Assembly (NCBI GenBank): GCA_036230365.1
Contig: JAZAJI010000038.1
Coordinates: forward strand, 1 to 46,581
Source of the DNA: Pseudomonadota bacterium
Lineage (GTDB): Bacteria > Pseudomonadota > Alphaproteobacteria > MED-G09
Reading direction: 5' to 3'
Length of the DNA stretch: 46,581 bases
Every line of letters starts with the position of its first letter. Position 1 is the stretch's first letter. The translations under genes and the position numbers were made by a program. The notes under the pieces were generated by a model, which saw only the letters and a program-made list of their open reading frames with translations, was not told the DNA's origin and did not search any database. Below are positions 25,980-34,741 of the stretch, in pieces.

Positions 25980-27043
25980 TTTTTCTCCCTTATGAAGTCT
26001 ATCAATATTCCTGAAAGTTTTTCAGCTCTGGTCCATTGAAAGAAATGACCTCCACCAATATGAGGAGCACTTTTCGCATTAGGGCACATATCTAAAACAT
26101 CTTGCTCTATACCATTTGTAACGGGGTCATCTCCGGCAAAAACACTTAAAAAGGGTTTATCCCATTTACTAAAAAATTCTCTTGCCTTCTTTTGTTGTTC
26201 CAACGATGCATCAGGAATTATTGGAACTTGACTAGGCATTGCTCTCGGGCCCATTTTATAACTACCATCAGGGAAAGGCGCTTCGTAAGCTTTAACGAGC
26301 TCTGATCCAAAATTAGATACTCTTCCTAAACCTAGTTTTATAAATATATATTGAGCTAGCATAGATATTCTAGGTCTGTTTTCCATCATTGATGAGGTAA
26401 CAAAACCAATTGGTAAATCCTCAGTATCCCAACACCATTTTTGCCAATACATAAATTTCAAGGCTGGAGAAGTTTCTCCTCCATCCATTTTTCTAACTTC
26501 TTTCATCATAGAAAAAGGTGTTAATCTTAAAGGACTAGCTCTAAAAGCCTTTACCTCCTCTATTATTTCATCAGAAACATTTGGGTTATATGGTAACCCA
26601 GTGTTTCCCATTGAAACTTTTGAAAAGCGATCGGGTTTATCAGCAACCATTCTCAACCCGATTAGGCCACCCCAATCTTGTCCAAAAAAAGTAAGGTCCT
26701 CTAAATTATTTTTCTCCAACCACTGAACCATCCAATCTACTTGTCTTTGGTAAGAATAGTCACCAAGGTTTGCGGGTTTGTCGGATTTACCATAACCAGG
26801 TAAATCTGGAGCTATAACGCGAATACCAGCGGCAGTTAGATAAGGTATCATCCTAATATAAAGGTAGCTCCATACTGGTTGACCATGCATAGCTAAAAGA
26901 ATTGGCCCATCTTTTGGACCTTCATCAATATGGTGAATTCGTAAATCACTCCCATCATGGGTATTAACAGATGTATAATGTGGTTCATAAGGATAATACT
27001 TTAAATTAGAAAAACAGTTATCAGGTGTTCTTAAAATTTCCAC
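25976..27043 (-). CDS. Haloalkane dehalogenase, DhlA-like (HLD-I) with an enlarged cap
   Basis: Collinear with my recollection of Xanthobacter DhlA: RTPDNCFSNL..YP, HHIDEGP, HGQPVWSYLY..MIP, RVIAPDLPGYGKSDKP, nucleophile plus halide Trp GQDWGG, AYEAPFPDGSY, GGGHFFQ. GTG start behind GGGGAAG. About 45 aa longer than DhlA in the cap region. Confidence 0.75.
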   Translation of the reverse strand: MEILRTPDNCFSNLKYYPYEPHYTSVNTHDGSDLRIHHIDEGPKDGPILLAMHGQPVWSYLYIRMIPYLTAAGIRVIAPDLPGYGKSDKPANLGDYSYQRQVDWMVQWLEKNNLEDLTFFGQDWGGLIGLRMVADKPDRFSKVSMGNTGLPYNPNVSDEIIEEVKAFRASPLRLTPFSMMKEVRKMDGGETSPALKFMYWQKWCWDTEDLPIGFVTSSMMENRPRISMLAQYIFIKLGLGRVSNFGSELVKAYEAPFPDGSYKMGPRAMPSQVPIIPDASLEQQKKAREFFSKWDKPFLSVFAGDDPVTNGIEQDVLDMCPNAKSAPHIGGGHFFQWTRAEKLSGILIDFIREKK

Positions 27044-27053
27044 ACTTCTTCCC

Positions 27054-28082
27054 CTAAGATATTAAATTCTCACATCCTGTATTAGCTAAAAAATTTTCAA
27101 TTCTTTTTTTATCTTTAACTTCCAAAGAATTAAATTCGTCCTTTATCCACTGTAAACACTTTGCCTGATAAGGAAATACTTTCTGTTCCCATTCTGCACC
27201 CTTTATATTTACTTTCCAACTATTTAAACCTTCGGATAAAGCTTTTGAGTTTTCTACCATTGCTGGAACATATCCTTTTCCTATTTCTTCAAAAATAGCA
27301 TGTAGAGAATTTGGAGCGTCTTCAAGTGAAAACCAATCGTTTGATTTGACGCTTAATCCCGAAAGATCTTCTATAATATCTACCCATGCAACTGATCTAG
27401 GGGACACTTCTAAAGCTAATGCTCTTGAAGTTGGATCGAACCCTATTAATTGGGTCATTTGTCCATAAAAAGAAAAGTCAGATGAGGAAGGTCTACTTCC
27501 AAGTAAATATCGTGAATTCTTAAAATGATCCTCTAAAAGGACTAACAATCTTTTATAACTTTCTTCAATTATTTGAGCGGTTTTATCATTTGAGCCTACA
27601 ACCCATAATCTACTAACCTGAAGCTCAGAAATATAATTTTTAAAAGTTTCATGAGACTCATCATCTAAATTCACTGCACTTAATAGAGGTAAAATATTTC
27701 CTGCATTGTTAATATCTTCTTTAAAATGCCATCTATAGTGGAACATAAATTTCGTAACCCATTCATCACCAAAATCTTCTAATATTGAATTAATAAATGC
27801 CAAAGCCTTATCTTCTGGAATTACATTTCTATCTCCAAATTGGGTTTCAAGCTGACGAATTATTGGAGTTGAATCACATATTGCTTCTTTTTCATTGGGA
27901 AATATAAAAACTGGTAAAAGAAGAGGTTTTGGTGCAGCCAAGCCCATCTCATCTAGGATTTCTTTAGTATTCCCCCATATAATTTTATAAGGAATTCTTC
28001 TATATCGTAATAGAGCTAACATCTTTCTTGTATAAGGTGATGCTGGAACACCTATTACAATAGTTTTATTATTATTTTCCAA
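27054..28082 (-). CDS. GST-like protein (thioredoxin-like N-domain, long helical C-domain)
   Basis: VPASPYTRKM and CDSTPII (ESxxI-like) motifs. 342 aa. TTG start with AAGGAA upstream. Confidence 0.55.
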   Translation of the reverse strand: MENNNKTIVIGVPASPYTRKMLALLRYRRIPYKIIWGNTKEILDEMGLAAPKPLLLPVFIFPNEKEAICDSTPIIRQLETQFGDRNVIPEDKALAFINSILEDFGDEWVTKFMFHYRWHFKEDINNAGNILPLLSAVNLDDESHETFKNYISELQVSRLWVVGSNDKTAQIIEESYKRLLVLLEDHFKNSRYLLGSRPSSSDFSFYGQMTQLIGFDPTSRALALEVSPRSVAWVDIIEDLSGLSVKSNDWFSLEDAPNSLHAIFEEIGKGYVPAMVENSKALSEGLNSWKVNIKGAEWEQKVFPYQAKCLQWIKDEFNSLEVKDKKRIENFLANTGCENLIS

Positions 28083-28172
28083 TTAAATTTATTCCTTAAA
28101 GTAAATTACTGAAAAGACAATTCTTTTTTGTTATATTAAATTCACTTACGGAAAGATTGTAAAGGAGAAAAA

Positions 28173-29288
28173 ATGAGTTCAGAAATTAGCGAACTTCAAA
28201 CTTCAAAAAATGATTTAACACAAACGCGCATAGAAAGTGGAAATCTTGATTCATCTAATCTAGAGAAAGGCGAAATTTTAGTAAAGATTGAACGCTTTGC
28301 TTTTACCGCAAACAATATAACTTACGGTCTTGCTGGTGATATGATGGGATATTGGAAATTTTTTCCTTCATTAAATGATTCACAAGATGAATGGGGATGT
28401 ATTCCAATGTGGGGGTTTGCCAAAGTTATTCATTCTAATAATGAGAATATAAAGATTGATGAAAGGCTTTTTGGTTATTTTCCAGCATCAAATTCAATAA
28501 TATTAAACCCTATAAAAGTTACTGATCAAAGCCTTACTGACGGTAAGGATCACCGAAAAGAATTGCCCCCCGTTTATAACAACTATATTCGACTTTCTGG
28601 CGAAGAGAATTATGATAGCACAATGGATAATTTAAGAGCTCTCTTGTTTCCCCTTCATATTACTTCTTTTTGCTTATGTGACGCCCTTCAAAATGAATCT
28701 TATTTGGGGGCTTCTCAAGTAATAATTGTTAGTGCTTCAAGCAAGACAGGGATAGGTCTTGCCCAAGGTCTAAAAGATGAAGATGAAAAGCCAAAAATTA
28801 TTGGGCTTACCGCTTCAAAAAATATAGATTTTGTTGAAAGCTTAGGTTGTTATGATGAAGTAATATCTTACAACCAACTTGAGAAAGTTAATTCAGATAT
28901 TCAAAGTGTAATGGTTGATATGGCAGGAAATAGGGAAATATTAGGGACTTTGCATGACTCTCTTAAAGACAATATGTTGAAATGTATTACTGTCGGAATG
29001 ACTCATTGGGATAGTGAAACAACAGCAGAAGATGCACTTGGTCAATTGATGATCAGAGATCGCACTGAATTCTTTTTTGCTCCCGATCATATTCAAAAAA
29101 GAATTAGTGATTGGGGGTCGGAAGGTTATAACCAAAGAACATCAGCCTTCATGAATACTAGAGCCAAACAAAGCATTGAATGGATGAATATTAAAGAGAT
29201 TTCTGGCTTGCATGAGTTTGTAAAGACTTACGATGAGGTTATAAGGGGGCATATTAATCCTGATGAAGGAATAATAGTAATTCCTTAA
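28173..29288 (+). CDS. DUF2855-like protein (MDR/alcohol-dehydrogenase-like fold, unknown function)
   Basis: VKIERFAFTANNITYG..YWKFFP..WGCIPMWGF..ERLFGYFP resembles DUF2855 family members as I recall them. Confidence 0.5.
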   Translation: MSSEISELQTSKNDLTQTRIESGNLDSSNLEKGEILVKIERFAFTANNITYGLAGDMMGYWKFFPSLNDSQDEWGCIPMWGFAKVIHSNNENIKIDERLFGYFPASNSIILNPIKVTDQSLTDGKDHRKELPPVYNNYIRLSGEENYDSTMDNLRALLFPLHITSFCLCDALQNESYLGASQVIIVSASSKTGIGLAQGLKDEDEKPKIIGLTASKNIDFVESLGCYDEVISYNQLEKVNSDIQSVMVDMAGNREILGTLHDSLKDNMLKCITVGMTHWDSETTAEDALGQLMIRDRTEFFFAPDHIQKRISDWGSEGYNQRTSAFMNTRAKQSIEWMNIKEISGLHEFVKTYDEVIRGHINPDEGIIVIP

Positions 29289-30667
29289 TCAATTATACCT
29301 CTAAACCAAAGGATAATTGGGAATAATATTCTTGCATAAAATGGCATTTCAGCGAGCTCAACAATAATTCCATCCGGATCATAAAATGCAATAATGCCTG
29401 ATGAAGAATCAGGACCTGAACAACATGGTGTAATACCTGAAATAAACTGGACCCCTTGTAATTCTAGCTCTCTTACATCTGCTTCTATATCAGTTGTTGC
29501 AAAAGCTATTCTATGGATTCCAGGATGATTTATTGGGATAGGATATGGTTTAGTATTATTATTAGGTTCTATCCATTGGATCAATTCAATTTCTGAACCA
29601 TCGCCTTTAAGTTTCATCAGATTACCTTTAATTTTAATTGCTTTATCAAAACCCATAGCTTTTGAAACTTCCAAAGATTCTGTTTCTGGTAGAGTATTTG
29701 ATATCTTATATCCAAACATTTTATACCAAGCTTTGGACCTTTCTAAATCACTAATATTAAAGGTTACCTCACCAATCTTATAAATATTTGTTATATTTTT
29801 CTGATCTTTTTGAGTAACACCTTCAATTAATTTATAAAATGTTCCGTCTGGATCTTGAAAAATTGCAAAATTCTTACCATCAGATCTTTTTATAGGAGAT
29901 GAAATAAATTTAATTCCATTACTCTTCATATATTCATAATCAGAATTTATATTACTTGAATACATGGAAGCACTTACCATACCTATATTATTCATAGTGG
30001 AATAAGGTTTCTCTTCATTTCTTGGAATTGTAAATTCAATTACATCAATAACTCCACCATTATAATTATTAATACCAAGAAGTTCAGCATAAAGAACATA
30101 GCCCCCTGCCTCACCCCCTTGTGAACCATCATATGAAGTAGGTGTTTTAATTCCCATAGCTCTAGCCATAGCTTGAGTATTTGTTTCCGGAGCGCCAGAT
30201 AGTTTTTCAAAGCCTAAAGAGTTATAAAAATTCTTAGTTTTGTTGAAGTCCGTAACATTTGTATTAAAATGAATCCGAGAAATTACATTTAAATTAACTT
30301 CTGCAGTTTGTTTTATTCGCAATGTAAATTCGTCTTTATTTATTTCTTCCACATTAAGATAAAGAGTATTTTCTTTAATAAGATCGATAGCAATTTCAAT
30401 ATCCTTTTTCCCATCAAATGAATCATCAACAATAATCTTATTATTATTTAAATTGATTTCTAAGTTTGTCATTAAATTAGAACGTGAGATTATTAGCCTA
30501 GCAGGTCCTTCAGTTCCAAAAAAAGTTGTCTGCCCTTTTTCTCTATCTGCAATCTGATAATTGATAAGGTGTCGAGTAAAATCTATTTTCTCAGCATACG
30601 AAATAAGAGGAAATAGAAAAATAAAAAGCGCAAAAACCCTTAAACAGGACAATTTAGAAAAATACAT
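29285..30667 (-). CDS. Secreted multi-domain VOC (glyoxalase/dioxygenase-fold) protein
   Basis: Signal peptide MYFSKLSCLRVFALFIFLFPLISYA when started at ATG 30667. The track start at 30721 lies inside the upstream SDR and has no SD. An unknown domain of about 100 aa is followed by two VOC modules (FNTNVTDFNKTKNFYNSLGF, FNISDLERSKAWYKMFGY, GIHRIAFATTDI). Confidence 0.6.
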   Translation of the reverse strand: MYFSKLSCLRVFALFIFLFPLISYAEKIDFTRHLINYQIADREKGQTTFFGTEGPARLIISRSNLMTNLEINLNNNKIIVDDSFDGKKDIEIAIDLIKENTLYLNVEEINKDEFTLRIKQTAEVNLNVISRIHFNTNVTDFNKTKNFYNSLGFEKLSGAPETNTQAMARAMGIKTPTSYDGSQGGEAGGYVLYAELLGINNYNGGVIDVIEFTIPRNEEKPYSTMNNIGMVSASMYSSNINSDYEYMKSNGIKFISSPIKRSDGKNFAIFQDPDGTFYKLIEGVTQKDQKNITNIYKIGEVTFNISDLERSKAWYKMFGYKISNTLPETESLEVSKAMGFDKAIKIKGNLMKLKGDGSEIELIQWIEPNNNTKPYPIPINHPGIHRIAFATTDIEADVRELELQGVQFISGITPCCSGPDSSSGIIAFYDPDGIIVELAEMPFYARILFPIILWFRGIID

Positions 30668-30698
30668 ATGAAAAATTCCTAAAAAGTTCCTTAAATTC

Positions 30699-31394
30699 TT
30701 ACCAAGGATGGATTTCTCCATTCCATTTATAGAAATTACCAGAATCTTCTTTAGTTAAGCCATTAATAACATTTCTAATACCTGAAGCACTTTCTTCAGC
30801 TGTTATTTCAGCTGTTGGTCCACCCATATCTGTTTGAACCCAACCTGGATGCATAATTGAAACTGTTATTGGCTCTTCAGCCCAGTCAAGTGATAATATC
30901 TTTCCAGCTTTTCCAACGGCAGCTTTAGTGGTTGAATAAATATACATTCCACCCATTGGCCATGTTGAAGCCCCTAATTGACTTGATAAGATCATTAAAT
31001 TTCCATTACCCGACGCAACTAAATTATCTTTAAAAGCTTTCGCAACTAAAAGCGGGCCTATTGTATTTGTGTCTAATGTTCTATGCCACTCTTCAACATC
31101 GATATTATCGATAGATTGATTCTCAGGCATTCCTCCAACAGCACCAGCAACTATAATAACGGTATCGATAGCTGTATCACCAATTTTATTTGAAGCTTCC
31201 TCTATGGAAGAAGGATTAGCAACGTCTAACTGTTCAATTGAAATATTATCTTTACCAGAAGCTAATTCATCTAACAAAGATGCTGATCCAGTATCACGCG
31301 CACATGCAATAACAGAATTGCCTTCCTCAGAATATTGTTTTGTGAGTTCCAGGCCAATTCCTCTTGTTGCACCAACGATCATTATATTAGACAT
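30699..31394 (-). CDS. Short-chain dehydrogenase/reductase (CsgA/C-factor-like)
   Basis: VGATRGIGLEL, YSTTKAAV. Confidence 0.8.
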   Translation of the reverse strand: MSNIMIVGATRGIGLELTKQYSEEGNSVIACARDTGSASLLDELASGKDNISIEQLDVANPSSIEEASNKIGDTAIDTVIIVAGAVGGMPENQSIDNIDVEEWHRTLDTNTIGPLLVAKAFKDNLVASGNGNLMILSSQLGASTWPMGGMYIYSTTKAAVGKAGKILSLDWAEEPITVSIMHPGWVQTDMGGPTAEITAEESASGIRNVINGLTKEDSGNFYKWNGEIHPW

Positions 31395-31466
31395 ATTTAT
31401 CTCCCTGAAGTTTGAATTATTAAGAATTTAATATTACAGAATGTAAGTAAATACTCAACAATAAGT

Positions 31467-32057
31467 TTATTTTCTAGCTTCTCGAAGCATTGGATGTGCT
31501 GGAGGAGAATCCCCTATCTGAACCTTTCCAATACTTTCAAAACCGTGTCTTTCATATAAAGACATATTTCTAGGATTTGATGACTCTAAATAGGCTTTCT
31601 CACCCTTTTCATCAATCATTTTTAAAGCCTCCTTTAATATGAACGAACCAACTCCCATGCCTTGCTTAGAAGGATCCACACCAATAAAAGCAAGATACCA
31701 AGCATCTTCTGGATGATAATTAGAGAATTCTTCAAAAAATTGAATAACATTTTCTAACCTATCTTTTGGAATAGAATCAAAAGTTGGAGCTAAGGAAGTT
31801 TCGTCAAATTTTGCACCCGGAGGATGCCATAATGATGCTCCGTAAAAATTATCATCAGCAAAAACAATATCATTTGAAAACGATATTTTAGAAAATTCTT
31901 CCATCCATAAATCAAAGGATTTTAAATATGAATTTGCATCAGGAAAGACCCAACGGACTAATGGGTCAGTTGAAAAACCAAGTTTAAGTGCACTTTTTAC
32001 ATCTTCTTTCGAACTATCTTTAACTCTAACAACTTTTGGTAAATTATCTTGTTCCAT
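31467..32057 (-). CDS. GNAT-family N-acetyltransferase
   Basis: QGMGVGSFILKEAL acetyl-CoA motif, YERHGF. Confidence 0.7.
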   Translation of the reverse strand: MEQDNLPKVVRVKDSSKEDVKSALKLGFSTDPLVRWVFPDANSYLKSFDLWMEEFSKISFSNDIVFADDNFYGASLWHPPGAKFDETSLAPTFDSIPKDRLENVIQFFEEFSNYHPEDAWYLAFIGVDPSKQGMGVGSFILKEALKMIDEKGEKAYLESSNPRNMSLYERHGFESIGKVQIGDSPPAHPMLREARK

Positions 32058-32072
32058 ATCTTTCTATCACCT

Positions 32073-33005
32073 CTATATCTTTTTAAAATTGAAACTCTTA
32101 TCTCTTGCTATAACTATATCAGCAAATTTAGGAACTTCCTCTAATATATATCGCGTTAAACGCTCATAATGCATTACAAATCTATAAACCTCATCTTTAG
32201 TCATAATCTTCTTTTTCATTTCTTCATCTTTTAAGGTCTTTGCAAGAGTCTTTTCTTGCACCCATCTACTTTCATAAACATGTTCCATATTTGGTACTTT
32301 AATCATTACAAGAATATCAAAGGCATCGAAAAGTTTCTGATAATCGCCTTTTAATTCTTTGTTGTACCACTTTGACCATAATCCATTTGGATCTTCGTTT
32401 TTCTCTAGCTCATTAATTGGCTCTTCCCAATTTTCTTCAGAAATTGGTTTAGCCCCACAAAACCAACCATCAAAAAAAATAAAATCTGGCTTACCTGAAT
32501 ATTTTATCCAATTTTCTTTGGGTAGATGTTCATCGAGTGGTTTAGAAAAAATTGGAATCAATGTGATTTGATCTGGATCAGCATTATATAATGAATTTAA
32601 TGTATCTAAACCTAGTTGAACATTATGCGTTCCCGGAACTCCCCTTACTTCGCATAATGGGTGTATAGATAACCCTAACTCTTTTCTTTCTTCTTTTGTT
32701 TTATAAATATCATCAATTGAAAATCCTATGGATTTTCTATTAAAATACTCTTTGAGAATTAACTGAACAAATTCTGATAAAGTTGTTTTACCAGATCCTT
32801 GGCCTCCAGTTAATCCAACTAAAAATGGGCTGTTATCCTTTTTTAAAGAATCGAAATGCACAGATAAAGGAATTACAATTTCTTTGAAAAAGTCATCATT
32901 AATATTATTAATTTTAAATTTATCAGCAAGAAATTTGAGTTTTTCTTTCATTTTATCAAACACTTCCTTGCAAAGGATATTATTTGGGTCAGGTAATTTA
33001 TTCAT
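32073..33005 (-). CDS. P-loop kinase, D-glycerate 3-kinase (GLYK/TDA10)-like
   Basis: GLTGGQGSGKTT Walker A, SIDDIY, RGVPGTHN, FFDGWFCGAKP. These are collinear with plant-type glycerate kinases as I recall them. Confidence 0.55.
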   Translation of the reverse strand: MNKLPDPNNILCKEVFDKMKEKLKFLADKFKINNINDDFFKEIVIPLSVHFDSLKKDNSPFLVGLTGGQGSGKTTLSEFVQLILKEYFNRKSIGFSIDDIYKTKEERKELGLSIHPLCEVRGVPGTHNVQLGLDTLNSLYNADPDQITLIPIFSKPLDEHLPKENWIKYSGKPDFIFFDGWFCGAKPISEENWEEPINELEKNEDPNGLWSKWYNKELKGDYQKLFDAFDILVMIKVPNMEHVYESRWVQEKTLAKTLKDEEMKKKIMTKDEVYRFVMHYERLTRYILEEVPKFADIVIARDKSFNFKKI

Positions 33006-33079
33006 TTGATTTAATTTAACTTCACATACATAAGTTAAAATATTATATAAAAACTAAAAAAAAGGATAACAAATTTATA

Positions 33080-34315
33080 ATGGATAAATCTTTTCTGATA
33101 TTTTTAGCAATTCCTATATTCTTTTTAATGATTGGAATTGAGTTAACTTACGGTCTCTTAAAAGGAAAAAATACTTACCGATTAAATGATACCATAACAA
33201 GTATTAATATTGGCCTTATTAGTAGATTCCCAACAATCTTAAATTTAGGATTTCAGGGGGTTGTTTTTTCTTATGCGGCAAAAAACCTAAATCTTTTTCA
33301 ACTCCCAATTAATTCACCTTTTACATGGATACTAGCTTTTGTTCTTTATGATTTTTTATATTATTGGATGCACAGACTTCATCACGAATATAAATTTCTT
33401 TGGGCTACACATGCAGTACATCATCATGGAGAAGAATTTAATCTTTCAACGGCGCTAAGACAAACAAGTTCAGGTTTTCTATGGAAATGGATATTTTTCG
33501 TTCCAATTTTATTGATTGGCATACCTTCAGTAGTATTTGTAGCAGTTGGAGGCCTTAATTTAATTTACCAGTTTTGGGTTCACACTGAGCATATTGGGAA
33601 ATTAGGATGGTATGAGAAATACTTTATATCACCATCAAATCATAGAATTCATCACGCAAAAAATCCTGAATATATTGATAAAAATTATGGCGGTGTTTTC
33701 ATTTTATGGGACAGATTTTTTGGAACATATTGTGAAGAAAAAGATGAAATTAAGCCTGTCTATGGTACTGTTAAAGCCTTGAGAAGCTGGAATCCTGTTT
33801 GGGCAAATATTGAAGTTTTCATAAGCATGTTCAAAGACTCCTACTATACAAAAAATTGGAAAGATAAGATTAAAGTTTGGTTTGCTAAAACAACCTGGCG
33901 ACCCAAAGATGTAGAATTAAAATTCCCAAATAAAGAGTTTGAGCAAAATGAAAAATTCAACACTGATATGTCTTCAACACTTTCAAAATTCGTTTGGTTG
34001 CAATTAATATTTATACCGGTTCTTACTATGGTTGTGTTTTTTACATTAAATAATCAACTTTTTATAGAAACTGTGTCTTTTGGGTTATTTCTTATAGCAT
34101 CCTCATTAATAATTTCCTTTGCATTAAGCAATAGGGGTTTTGTTCTGTATTTAGAAATATTTAGATCCCTAATAATAATCTTATCTATTATGTATTTAAA
34201 TATTTTATCTTTAGACCTTTTAGCAACACAAATACTGTTAATTCATTCAGCAATTAATCTACTGGTTATAATTCCAATGATAATTGGAACAAAAAATAAA
34301 CCTGCACATTATTAA
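33080..34315 (+). CDS. Fatty-acid-hydroxylase superfamily enzyme, alkylglycerol monooxygenase (AGMO/TMEM195)-like
   Basis: His boxes HRLHHE, HAVHHHGEEFNLSTALRQ, YQFWVHTEH, SNHRIHHA..YIDKNYGGVFILWDRFFGT. Full-length collinearity with animal AGMO as I recall it, including the hydrophobic C-terminal third. Confidence 0.65.
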   Translation: MDKSFLIFLAIPIFFLMIGIELTYGLLKGKNTYRLNDTITSINIGLISRFPTILNLGFQGVVFSYAAKNLNLFQLPINSPFTWILAFVLYDFLYYWMHRLHHEYKFLWATHAVHHHGEEFNLSTALRQTSSGFLWKWIFFVPILLIGIPSVVFVAVGGLNLIYQFWVHTEHIGKLGWYEKYFISPSNHRIHHAKNPEYIDKNYGGVFILWDRFFGTYCEEKDEIKPVYGTVKALRSWNPVWANIEVFISMFKDSYYTKNWKDKIKVWFAKTTWRPKDVELKFPNKEFEQNEKFNTDMSSTLSKFVWLQLIFIPVLTMVVFFTLNNQLFIETVSFGLFLIASSLIISFALSNRGFVLYLEIFRSLIIILSIMYLNILSLDLLATQILLIHSAINLLVIIPMIIGTKNKPAHY

Positions 34316-34318
34316 ATA

Positions 34319-34738
34319 TTAAAAAAAAGGGTCATATGCCCACTGAAGAAGAGCTTGTCTTTGTCTTGCTCTACACCATATATCACCCTCCTCGCAATTT
34401 TTTTTAATCCCTCCAATATGTCTCGGGCCAAATGCTTTCCATCTTTTTATTTGAAAGTTATCTACTTTATCAATTCTTCGTCCCATAAAGTATCTACAAT
34501 ACCACTGGAACCATCCCAAAGGATCTTCAGGTGTTATCCATCCCTTATTTTGCCAAACTTGTAATGATTGGCCAGATTCAATTTTAAAATAATTTAAATC
34601 CACTTTAAATCCATCAAAGCTAATTTTAGCATTGTCGAACCAGGCCTTCGGAAATTCAGAAGTATCTTGAAAATAGAAGCCTCCAAATACACCTAATTCT
34701 AACATTTCCTGTGGAGTTAATTGAGGAGAAAAACCCAT
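34319..34738 (-). CDS. Trp/Arg-rich cytoplasmic protein, unknown function
   Basis: 139 aa with GWFQWYCRYFMGRR and IKRWKAFGPRH. Starts 3 nt after the upstream stop. Confidence 0.45.
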   Translation of the reverse strand: MGFSPQLTPQEMLELGVFGGFYFQDTSEFPKAWFDNAKISFDGFKVDLNYFKIESGQSLQVWQNKGWITPEDPLGWFQWYCRYFMGRRIDKVDNFQIKRWKAFGPRHIGGIKKNCEEGDIWCRARQRQALLQWAYDPFF

Positions 34739-34741
34739 AGC

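Noticed and set aside
12032-33038. AAGTTA/TAACTT inverted repeats recur in three intergenic regions (12032-12050, 18191-18205, 33016-33038).
   Set aside because: Spacing (N7, N3) and arm order (inverted at 33016) differ between the copies, so they cannot be one operator type. The half-site is a common AT-rich hexamer.
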